32,000 nucleotides of DNA from positions 40,412 through 72,411 of the forward strand of contig CAYHYM010000002.1 of the NCBI GenBank assembly GCA_964360965.1. Reading direction: 5' to 3'. This DNA comes from an uncultured Gammaproteobacteria bacterium. Its GTDB lineage: Bacteria; Patescibacteriota; Microgenomatia; Daviesbacterales; UBA10151. Under the pieces are notes generated by a model, which saw only the letters and a list, made by a program, of their open reading frames with translations, was not told the origin of the DNA and did no database searches. A program made the position numbers and the translations under genes. Shown piece by piece: positions 1 to 7,556 of the stretch (within the stretch, counting starts at the first letter, position 1; each line of letters opens with the position of its first letter).

Positions 1-1832
1 ATACTTCTATTTGGGGATACTACTCAAGATCAAATGGGGGGCTTCTATCCATAGTTTCATACCTGCTATTATATTGGGCCTTTGTTTCAAACATGGATGC
101 GCCCAAGGTCTTAAACACCCTCAAGTTTGGGTTAGTATCAGGACTGATCATCTCTTTATGGGGAATTGCAGAACACTTTGGAGTGTCACCTTCTTGTGTG
201 ATCTTGCGAGGGGAATTCAATGCCTCCTGTTGGATACAGGATGTGCAATCCAGAGTTTTTGCCACTTTAGGCCAGCCCAACTGGCTAGCGGCATACCTTG
301 CCATGTTAATTTTTCCAAGCTTATATTTCTTTTTAACAGCCAAAAACCGTATACTACAAACTACCTACTACCTACTACTAGTTACCTCTTATCTGGCTTT
401 TACTTTTACCTACTCCAGAGGCCCAATTTTGGGGCTGATAACTGGAATGATAGTGTTTCTCATTCTGTCATTCCCGCGTAGGTCATCGACCGTCGGGATG
501 ACAAAAAGGGTACTTATCGTTTTAGCTACATTTTTTCTTATCAATCTCCTCTTTGGCTCTGCCTTAACCAACTTTAGACTGGTCTCCAAATTTGCCCCCC
601 CACCCAGACCGGCTATTTCACTACCTACTCCAGCCTCAACTGTCACCCAGCTTGAACAAGGCGGAACCGAATCAGGACAAATCCGCTTGATTGTCTGGAA
701 AGGGGCTTTGGAGATCTTCAAACATTTCCCAATTTTTGGTTCAGGTGTGGAAACCTTTGCCATATCCTACTTCCAGTTCCGGCCACAGGCTCATAATTTG
801 GTCTCAGAATGGGATTTTTTATATAACAAGGCCCACAATGAGTTTTTAAATTATTTAGCCAATACCGGACTGGTGGGACTGGGGACATATTTGATAATTA
901 TTATAACTTTTATAATAATTATACTAAAGCGCAAAGGAACCGACCATTTACTACTTTTATCCCTCCTTGCCAGCTATTTAAGCTACCATGTGACCAACTT
1001 TTTTGGCTTTTCCGTTGTTGCAACAGCCCTCCTTTTTTACCTATTTCCAGCATTAGCCTTTGTTGCCACAGAATCCACAAAAGCGCTTAAATTGTCAACT
1101 GTCAATTGGATCTACCGTCGTCCCCTTTACACCAAACTTGCCAAAGGCGTGGTGATCTTTTTAACTCTCTATCTTCTATATTTCATTATTAAGCTTTGGT
1201 ATGCGGATAACCTTTTTGCCAAAGGCATGAAAGAATCAGAGACCGGTAATGTGGGATCATCTTATAATTTTTTATTGTCTGCCAGCATTTTAAACAGCAA
1301 CGAGCCATTTTATAGATCTGAGCTGTCATTTGCAGCAGCCTCTGCAGCGCTGTCTCTTTCACCGGGTGAAGCCACGCTTTCGACAAAACTTAAAGATCAG
1401 GCCACTCAAGAATCAGAAAAAGTGCTTAAATCATCCCCCAAAAATGTGTCATTTTGGCGAACTGCCATCAGAACCTATTTTCAACTATCAGCTCTTGATG
1501 AATCATTTTTCCCAAAAACCATGGCAGCCCTTGATCAAACCATCAAGCTGGCTCCCACTGATGCCAAACTGTACTACAACAAAGCCATACTTTTGGGACA
1601 AAAAAATGATAATGAAGATGCCAAAGAAGCTTTAAAAAAAGCCATTGAACTTAAACCAAATTATAGGGAAAGTTACCTTGCTTTAGGGATATTTTACTTT
1701 GATGAAGGAAAGAGTAAAGAGGCTGTTGAGACTATGCAAAAAGTGCTGACTTTAGTGCCGGGTGATGCTGATGCGCTTAATCAGCTTAATGAGTGGGGCA
1801 AGCAAGGAATTGCTACGCAATCAGGGCAATGA
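1..1832 (+). CDS. O-antigen ligase (Wzy_C)-like polytopic membrane protein with C-terminal TPR repeats; 5' partial
   Basis: The track ORF is 93-1832, but the same frame (codons from nt 3) has no stop back to the window edge, so the gene probably starts upstream. It has many hydrophobic segments and a Wzy_C-like stretch (KAHNEFLNYLANTGLVGLG). The C-terminus has TPR-like repeats (LAPTDAKLYYNKAILLGQ, IELKPNYRESYLALGIFYFDEG). Confidence 0.6.
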   Translation, partial: TSIWGYYSRSNGGLLSIVSYLLLYWAFVSNMDAPKVLNTLKFGLVSGLIISLWGIAEHFGVSPSCVILRGEFNASCWIQDVQSRVFATLGQPNWLAAYLAMLIFPSLYFFLTAKNRILQTTYYLLLVTSYLAFTFTYSRGPILGLITGMIVFLILSFPRRSSTVGMTKRVLIVLATFFLINLLFGSALTNFRLVSKFAPPPRPAISLPTPASTVTQLEQGGTESGQIRLIVWKGALEIFKHFPIFGSGVETFAISYFQFRPQAHNLVSEWDFLYNKAHNEFLNYLANTGLVGLGTYLIIIITFIIIILKRKGTDHLLLLSLLASYLSYHVTNFFGFSVVATALLFYLFPALAFVATESTKALKLSTVNWIYRRPLYTKLAKGVVIFLTLYLLYFIIKLWYADNLFAKGMKESETGNVGSSYNFLLSASILNSNEPFYRSELSFAAASAALSLSPGEATLSTKLKDQATQESEKVLKSSPKNVSFWRTAIRTYFQLSALDESFFPKTMAALDQTIKLAPTDAKLYYNKAILLGQKNDNEDAKEALKKAIELKPNYRESYLALGIFYFDEGKSKEAVETMQKVLTLVPGDADALNQLNEWGKQGIATQSGQ

Positions 1833-2095
1833 AATCAATAAAAACTATCATTGCAGAAACTAAATTCAAAGCCAGGCCTAAAAACATCAGCCGTGAGTTT
1901 CAAGTTTATGGAGTCTATCTGGCAGAAACTTTAAATGATACCAAACACTATTCTTTATATATCAAGCTGGCTAAAGAGCTGCCCAGACCAATTTTAGAGG
2001 AGGCCTTAAATTTCACCAAGGGATATTATGGAGCCAAATCAAAAGCCAAAATCTTCATGTGGAAATTACAGCAATTAAAGAGTAAAATAATATAA
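1829..2095 (+). CDS. hypothetical small basic protein
   Basis: The ATG at 1829 overlaps the upstream TGA (ATGA junction), giving 88 codons. I recognise no motif. Confidence 0.4.
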   Translation: MKSIKTIIAETKFKARPKNISREFQVYGVYLAETLNDTKHYSLYIKLAKELPRPILEEALNFTKGYYGAKSKAKIFMWKLQQLKSKII

Positions 2096-2097
2096 AT

Positions 2098-2412
2098 ATG
2101 GCTGAAGAAAAATTTGATCAATCATCCCGACCTGTTCCTCTTGCAGAGAGTGATCTTTCTCCTATTAAACCTTTAACTGCTTCTAACGTGCTAAAAATTG
2201 CCCAAAGATACATCGAAGCTTCATTCGCCAATAGAAGATTTAACAAAATAATTGCTCAAGCCACAGGAGATATAGATGAAGAAGTCATTATGGAATTTCA
2301 TTATGAGGCAGGACAAGCTGATGCATTCAGGAAAGTCTTAAAAATGGTGGGCCAGGACAATTTAGTATCCAAAGTCAATAAAGGTCTGGATCAAGTGATT
2401 GAACAGCCTTAA
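2098..2412 (+). CDS. hypothetical protein
   Basis: 104-aa ORF starting 2 nt after the previous stop, so it is probably in the same operon. No recognisable motif. Confidence 0.4.
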   Translation: MAEEKFDQSSRPVPLAESDLSPIKPLTASNVLKIAQRYIEASFANRRFNKIIAQATGDIDEEVIMEFHYEAGQADAFRKVLKMVGQDNLVSKVNKGLDQVIEQP

Positions 2413-3014
2413 AGGGAGAGAATTTGGGAATAATCGTGCGGGACAAAACTTAACTTTCTTGGTAAAATTTTATGGTCCTTCCATCTTCGACGGTTTTTGG
2501 GGTCAACTTGTATCTGGATCGAATGGTTAAAACCTGCCGGCTCAATATTGGGCAAACCGCTGATATTTAATTCCGCTTGTTCACCTTCATCAGGATAAAG
2601 AAGATATCCGAACCTTCCAACCTGTAAATGTTCTATCAGATGAACGATTTTTAACTGATCAGCATCTACCTCACCCAACCTAATCCTGATGGCAATTTCC
2701 CAGGCAGTAATTCTCCCATCCTCTGGTAAATACTCCAAGAAATGTTGTTTGGCCCCAAAACCCAAAAAATGCTGACTCCATAAAATGGCACCGTCATCAG
2801 TTGCAAAAGTACCATTAGGCTTTAAGCTTTCAGGCTTAATTCCTGACTTTAAACGCCTGATAATGGGAGGCAAATCCCAAGTAGCACTTAGTTTTGTATG
2901 CACTAATTTATCCAATTTGTTACAATCCCCATAATGGAAGTTGTCAAAGCGCCTGATCCCAGGCTTAAAATTCAGACAAAACCTGTCAAAAAAATAAATC
3001 CAGCTCTTTTGCAA
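2409..3014 (-). CDS. hypothetical protein (start uncertain)
   Basis: 201-aa ORF convergent with 2098-2412. Its first 80 nt would overlap def, so an in-frame downstream start such as the GTG at 2903 is plausible. No recognisable domain. Confidence 0.4.
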   Translation of the reverse strand: MQKSWIYFFDRFCLNFKPGIRRFDNFHYGDCNKLDKLVHTKLSATWDLPPIIRRLKSGIKPESLKPNGTFATDDGAILWSQHFLGFGAKQHFLEYLPEDGRITAWEIAIRIRLGEVDADQLKIVHLIEHLQVGRFGYLLYPDEGEQAELNISGLPNIEPAGFNHSIQIQVDPKNRRRWKDHKILPRKLSFVPHDYSQILSL

Positions 3015-3509
3015 ATTTTAAAAGAGATGATTAAACTGACCAAAACCTTTAAGGAACCGGAAGGTGTGGGTTTGGCCTCCACCCAAATAGGTTTGGATGA
3101 GGCTTTTTTTGTAGCTCGCCTCGATGAGTCGGCGAAGCCACGCCAAAGGCGGGCGAAGCGGGCCAAAAATGGCAATCCGCCAGCTGGCGGATTTATTTCT
3201 GTTATAAATCCTAAAGTTTTATCTTATGGTAAACGCACTAAAAAATATTTTGAAGGATGCCTGTCTTCTCCCAATATTTGGGGTGAAGTTAAAAGATATA
3301 CCTTAATGAAGGTTTCTTACCAGGATTCACATGGAAAATCCATCACCCAGACTTTCAAAGGAATCACTGCCTGGATTTTCCAGCATGAAATGGATCACTT
3401 AAATGGAATTTTATTCCAGGATCGGGTTTTGCAACAAAAAGGCAAGTTTTTTAAATTTACAGGCCGTGATAAAACAGGTCAGGATATATTTGAAGAGGTA
3501 ACAATATGA
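2934..3509 (+). CDS. def: peptide deformylase
   Basis: All three deformylase motifs are present: GVGLASTQIG, EGCLS and HEMDHLNG. A ~23-aa Arg/Lys-rich insertion (DESAKPRQRRAKRAKNGNPPAGG) sits between motifs 1 and 2 and is encoded by a GC-rich patch. Confidence 0.9.
   Translation: MEVVKAPDPRLKIQTKPVKKINPALLQILKEMIKLTKTFKEPEGVGLASTQIGLDEAFFVARLDESAKPRQRRAKRAKNGNPPAGGFISVINPKVLSYGKRTKKYFEGCLSSPNIWGEVKRYTLMKVSYQDSHGKSITQTFKGITAWIFQHEMDHLNGILFQDRVLQQKGKFFKFTGRDKTGQDIFEEVTI
3175..3192. repeat. perfect 18-nt palindrome ATCCGCCAGCTGGCGGAT inside def (encodes NPPAGG)
   Basis: Read directly from the sequence. It lies at the end of the GC-rich insertion in def. Confidence 0.7.
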
Positions 3510-4375
3510 AAAAAATTGTTTATTTCGGTACTCCTGAGTTTAGCGCCTATATCCTGGAAAAACTGCTTCAGTTTTGCCAGACAAAAAAATTCATTGTTCA
3601 GACAGTGGTCACTAGAGCAGATAAACCTGTGGGCAGAGAACAGACTGTGATGCAATCTCCAGTTGCCATGGTGGCCCAAAAATATGGCATTCTTGCTTTA
3701 AAACCACTTAAGCTTGATGAGCAGTTCCTCATTACCAACTACCCACTACTAACTGCTGACCTCTTCATAGTGGCTTCTTATGGCAAAATTATCCCTCAAA
3801 GTTTACTTGATATACCCAGGTTAGGCTCAATTAATGTTCATCCATCTCTTCTACCTAAATATAGGGGGCCAGCACCAATCCTTACCCCCATCTTAAATGG
3901 TGATAAAGAAACTGGAGTAACAATCATGTTAATGGACGCGGAAATGGATCATGGGCCACTTCTTGCTACAAGCAAGATTAGTATATCAGATCAGGATAAT
4001 CATCAGACTCTGACTACAAAACTTGCTCAGGGGTCTGCCCCACTTTTAATTGAAACTTTGGTTAAATTTGTTGGGGGAAGGATAAAACCCAAGAAACAAA
4101 AACACTCTCAGGCCACTTTTACCAAGTTTACCAAAAAAGAAGATAGTTATTTTGATATTAGCAGTCCCCCTGATCCAGAGGTTTTAGAAAGAATGATCAG
4201 GGCATATTATCCCTGGCCAGTTGTTTGGACCCGCTTTCGCCCTTCGGGCTCCAGCGGGCAAGCCCGCATCGTTAAATTCCTACCCAACAATATGCTGCAA
4301 ATGGAAGGCAAAAAGCCAATATCTTTCAAAGACTTCCTAAACGGCTACCCAGATTTTCCCTTTAAAAGTATTTAA
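3506..4375 (+). CDS. fmt: methionyl-tRNA formyltransferase
   Basis: ATGA overlap with def (classic def-fmt pair). It has an N-terminal formyltransferase fold and the SINVHPSLLPKYRGPAPI motif. A GC-rich patch encodes FRPSGSSGQAR near the C-terminus. Confidence 0.9.
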   Translation: MKKIVYFGTPEFSAYILEKLLQFCQTKKFIVQTVVTRADKPVGREQTVMQSPVAMVAQKYGILALKPLKLDEQFLITNYPLLTADLFIVASYGKIIPQSLLDIPRLGSINVHPSLLPKYRGPAPILTPILNGDKETGVTIMLMDAEMDHGPLLATSKISISDQDNHQTLTTKLAQGSAPLLIETLVKFVGGRIKPKKQKHSQATFTKFTKKEDSYFDISSPPDPEVLERMIRAYYPWPVVWTRFRPSGSSGQARIVKFLPNNMLQMEGKKPISFKDFLNGYPDFPFKSI

Positions 4376-4445
4376 AATTTGAAATTTAGTAAAAAATTTG
4401 TATAATTCATCCTTGGTGGAGAAAGTGGCAGCAGAGATTTCCCAC

Positions 4446-4542
4446 TTGCAGACAATCCAAGCACTTAAATAGCTTTCAAGATTTCCTCAATAGTTATCCA
4501 GATCTTCCAATAATTTCTCTTCCTCCTAAAATTAGACTTTAA
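4446..4542 (+). pseudogene. relic of a second, diverged fmt 3' end (frameshifted)
   Basis: Nt 4471-4542 translate to SFQDFLNSYPDLPIISLPPKIRL*. The intact Fmt C-terminus is ISFKDFLNGYPDFPFKSI*, and 10 of 13 aligned residues are identical with differences mostly at third codon positions. Upstream, LQTIQALK (4446-4469) aligns to LQMEGKKP of Fmt in a different frame, implying a 2-nt deletion. Confidence 0.5.
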
Positions 4543-6361
4543 GATCACCATAACGAGCGTAAATATGACCTCTATGTCCAATTGCTTCCACCAGACAGTT
4601 GTTACCACCCAAAGGATTGTAAACTATTCTAAAATCACCTACTCTATCAACTAATCTTTTACCACCGGACCACTCAATCATTTTAGGTCGAACTTGACCT
4701 AAGGCAAACATCCTGATATGCTCACTCATTTTATCAACATCTTTTGGCCTGGGATGTCCCCCCATTAGTTCAGTCAGTGAGAATCTGGAAGAATTTATAA
4801 CATGATATTTAGGTTCTGGCAACTCTGTTGTATTAACTGGTTTAGGCCCAGCCAAATATTGAGCTATAGGAGTGAACACTTTACTCACCTTATGATGCTC
4901 CCTCTTTGGAAATGGTAACCTAATAGGCTCTTGCCAAACAGCTTCTTGATCTACTTGAGCAGGTTGAACTTCTGCTTGTTCCACTCTGCGATAATCAGAC
5001 AATCTGATTGGTTCCCGATTGGGATGCATTTTTCTGGCTTCTTCTAATATGGGAGGCAAGATATCGGAAAATACTGCTTTGATAAAATGTTCGTGATCTA
5101 CTACAAGTTTGGCTGGCATTCCATAAAATTTACCATTCTGACCAATTTCTAAAGTAAGATGAGTTTCATCATCAGCAAAATGCAAAATAAGGACAAGAGT
5201 TTGTTTGTTTTGGCAAGTCAAAGTTATATTAGTTACAACATGACCTTCCGGCATTTTAAAATTTAGTTGTCTGTGAGGTGAACGCATCACATCAGAATAT
5301 AAATCCTTAAAATAGAAATCTATCAATCTATCAATTAAATTATCCGAATTATTATAAAGACCTTCAAGTTCTGTATCTGTCAGCTTATTTTTACCATAAA
5401 ATTGAGCAAATTGATCTAGAGCCCGACCATCCGTTTTTTCATCATAATGTTGGTATTTTTCTAAATTAGCAGGTAAAGTTTTTTCTCTATATGCCTCTTT
5501 GGCCCCCATCTCCATTGTTTCTAATATCCCGCTGTTTCTCCAGAAGAATGGGGAAAAGGAAGTTTCTACCCTGGTTTGAAAAAGCTTGATGGCAGATGAA
5601 GGTGTAATGCCAAGCCTTCCTGGCATGTATATGCCCAAAGCCAGTGGCAATCCTGGCTCGGTGTAGGCTAAAGTTTTACGAAAGGAGAACTCATCCTTAA
5701 GACCCATATCAAAGTTAACCATTAAATCTTTATAGTAGTCAAAGTAAGCGACCAGCCTATTATGCAAAGGATGTAAGGAGGGGAAAACTAAATTTTTCTG
5801 CTCGGGCCTGGCAAATTCTTGTGTTGCCAAATAGATCATGGCCTGGAGCATAACCGGAGATCTTCCAGCATGAAACATCCGATTTATTCTTCTGATACCT
5901 TCTGTGGGAAGGGGCAGGGACATTTGCTCTATATCAAAAAAAGAAGTTCCTTCAGAAGTTATTAAACCCAAAAAATTACTGCCACCTAATTCTTGAGAAT
6001 AAAAATCCTGCTCTTTGAATCTTTTGATTGCTGATTGGGGAAGAGTAACTAAACCTTTGTTTTCTGTTTGAGCCCGCTCCAAAAATATGGACAGTCCTCT
6101 TCTAACTTCCAGCCAGCGGCTTATAAAAGGTTTACCCCTATAAATAACTTTAGTGGGTTGGTGATCTTGTTCGTCAACAATCTGATTCCATTCATCTATA
6201 GTTTCACCTAATAAATTATAATGTCTATTGTATTGCCCAGCTAAAGCCTGTGCTGAAGATGAATTTGATGACCTATTTTTGCGTCTGTCGGCACGGTTAC
6301 CTAGCCCAACTTGAGGCTGGGTTTCTTGTTGGCCAGGTTGTATTTCCCTTCTGTCAAACAT
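4532..6361 (-). CDS. large uncharacterised protein with a C-terminal RelE/ParE-superfamily toxin-like domain
   Basis: Long uninterrupted ORF. The track starts it at a TTG at 6376; the first ATG is at 6361, 4 nt after the rpmB stop. The last ~92 aa (nt 4532-4810) read KYHVINSS...RVGDFRIVYNPLGGNNCLVEAIGHRGHIYARY, matching the RelE/ParE signature (RxGDYRIxY ... GHRxxxY). I recognise nothing in the N-terminal ~520 aa. Confidence 0.7.
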   Translation of the reverse strand: MFDRREIQPGQQETQPQVGLGNRADRRKNRSSNSSSAQALAGQYNRHYNLLGETIDEWNQIVDEQDHQPTKVIYRGKPFISRWLEVRRGLSIFLERAQTENKGLVTLPQSAIKRFKEQDFYSQELGGSNFLGLITSEGTSFFDIEQMSLPLPTEGIRRINRMFHAGRSPVMLQAMIYLATQEFARPEQKNLVFPSLHPLHNRLVAYFDYYKDLMVNFDMGLKDEFSFRKTLAYTEPGLPLALGIYMPGRLGITPSSAIKLFQTRVETSFSPFFWRNSGILETMEMGAKEAYREKTLPANLEKYQHYDEKTDGRALDQFAQFYGKNKLTDTELEGLYNNSDNLIDRLIDFYFKDLYSDVMRSPHRQLNFKMPEGHVVTNITLTCQNKQTLVLILHFADDETHLTLEIGQNGKFYGMPAKLVVDHEHFIKAVFSDILPPILEEARKMHPNREPIRLSDYRRVEQAEVQPAQVDQEAVWQEPIRLPFPKREHHKVSKVFTPIAQYLAGPKPVNTTELPEPKYHVINSSRFSLTELMGGHPRPKDVDKMSEHIRMFALGQVRPKMIEWSGGKRLVDRVGDFRIVYNPLGGNNCLVEAIGHRGHIYARYGDLKV

Positions 6362-6365
6362 TTTA

Positions 6366-6599
6366 TTAGGCAACAACCGAAGCTTCAGTTACTTCGGGTC
6401 TCTTATATGGGGCTTTCACAATCCTTAAACACTTAGTACAATATTTTTTACCTTTATATACATGCAAATTAGGTTTTTGGACTCTTTTGTGAATAGGCGC
6501 TCTTAGAGCCCACACACCTCCTGCTCCTGAGGATCCTTTTTTATGCCTGGAGAAAGAGATCATGTTCTTACCTTTACCACAACGGTAACAGATTAACAT
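6366..6599 (-). CDS. rpmB: 50S ribosomal protein L28 (Cys4 zinc-ribbon type, with insertion)
   Basis: CYRCGKG ... SFSRH ... KRVQKPNLH ... YCTKCLR parallels the bL28 pattern C-x2-CGK ... SHS ... R-x-F-x-PNL ... C-x2-CLK. A Gly/Ser-rich insertion follows the SHS-like motif. Confidence 0.7.
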   Translation of the reverse strand: MLICYRCGKGKNMISFSRHKKGSSGAGGVWALRAPIHKRVQKPNLHVYKGKKYCTKCLRIVKAPYKRPEVTEASVVA

Positions 6600-6600
6600 A

Positions 6601-6616
6601 TGGTAGAATTATATCA
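6601..6616. promoter_or_regulatory. overlapping divergent extended -10 promoters for leaderless rpmB and the M50 protease gene
   Basis: The intergenic region is only 16 nt. The plus strand has TGGTAGAAT (6601-6609) followed by 6 nt and the ATG at 6616. The minus strand has TGATATAAT (6616 down to 6608) followed by 8 nt and the ATG at 6599. Confidence 0.45.
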
Positions 6617-7254
6617 TGAATCCTGAGTTTTTAGCATTATCAATCATTATCCTGTTATTTTCCGTCATCTTACATGAGGTCATGCATGGATATGTAGCCT
6701 TAAGGTTTGGTGACCATACGGCACAGCGGGCTGGTAGATTAACCTTAAATCCTCTTCCTCATATTGATCTATTTGGCACCATACTTTTGCCAGGACTTTT
6801 GATCCTGTCCGGCTCCCCCATTCTGTTTGGCTGGGCCAAACCTGTGCCTGTAAACCCTTTAAATTTTTCCAACTTAAGAAAGGGGGAACTGTTGGTCTCA
6901 TCTGCCGGCATACTGGCCAACTTTGCTTTGGCTGCCGCTGCTACCATCCTCTACCACATCCTCAATGGTTTACCTCAAACTTTCCCTTTTTTGGTGGGAG
7001 CCCTGCTGCGCTTTACAGTTACCATTAATTTGGTGTTGGCAATTTTTAACCTTTTTCCCATTCCACCTTTGGATGGATCAAAAGTGCTTTTGTCTCAGCT
7101 GCCATATAAATTGGCCAAACAATATCAAAAACTGGAACAATATGGCTTTATCATTTTACTGATTCTTCTGATGATCCCATTTGGCCAATCATCACTTTTA
7201 CAAACTATCTTGGGTTTTTTGGTGAGAATATTTTCCAGAGTATTGGGATTTTAA
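6616..7254 (+). CDS. site-2 protease family (peptidase M50) membrane metalloprotease
   Basis: HEVMH (HExxH) lies in the first TM segment, followed by GRLTLNPLPHIDLFGTILLP. The protein is polytopic with a late PPLDGSKV motif, typical of the small M50 (COG1994-like) family. Confidence 0.8.
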   Translation: MNPEFLALSIIILLFSVILHEVMHGYVALRFGDHTAQRAGRLTLNPLPHIDLFGTILLPGLLILSGSPILFGWAKPVPVNPLNFSNLRKGELLVSSAGILANFALAAAATILYHILNGLPQTFPFLVGALLRFTVTINLVLAIFNLFPIPPLDGSKVLLSQLPYKLAKQYQKLEQYGFIILLILLMIPFGQSSLLQTILGFLVRIFSRVLGF

Positions 7255-7321
7255 ACCATTTAAATACCGTAATCTACACAACCCTATTGACAAACATCAT
7301 AAGCTGTGCAACAATTAAATT

Positions 7322-7556
7322 ACCCTAAAGGGGCTTAAGTAGATGGCCTTAAAGGGTGACTGTCCCTACATAGCACGTTTAAAGCCAAAATATTTTTCTT
7401 CACTGTTTTGTAACTTTACGGGAGTTCGGAGTAGACGTTCAGTTTACATGAACGTCTCAGAACACCCACCTCAATATAATTGAGGGAAAAATTTGGCTAA
7501 ACGACTATAGTAGGGAGGAATTATTCTAGTTAGTTTGTAATAATTTACTTCTTCCA
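7322..7556. ncRNA. candidate structured RNA or MITE-like inverted-repeat element (identity unknown)
   Basis: A hairpin spans 7322-7358 (ACCCTAAAGG / CCTTAAAGGGT). A long imperfect rod pairs 7364-7398 with 7486-7515 (~28 bp in five helical blocks). That rod encloses perfect hairpins at 7434-7456 (GACGTTCA-GTTTACA-TGAACGTC) and 7469-7485 (CCTCAAT-ATA-ATTGAGG). Another hairpin spans 7513-7555. A possible promoter lies upstream: TTGACA 7287-7292 with TGcAACAAT 7307-7315. Confidence 0.3.
7434..7456. repeat. 8-bp hairpin element with GTTTACA loop (copy 1)
   Basis: GACGTTCA GTTTACA TGAACGTC. It has the same loop and near-identical stem as the element inside the GT4 gene at 24411-24434. Confidence 0.6.

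Noticed and set aside
11-481. 156-aa ORF in an alternative frame at the window start.
   Set aside because: It overlaps the long membrane-protein frame, which is open to the window edge and carries recognisable Wzy_C/TPR features.
7322-7556. Assignment of the structured region to RNase P RNA, tmRNA, SRP RNA or a riboswitch.
   Set aside because: I could not find the conserved RNase P P4 motifs, a tRNA-like 3' end with a tag ORF, or the SRP domain IV motif. No downstream ORF exists for a riboswitch, since tRNAs follow. It is kept only as an unassigned candidate.
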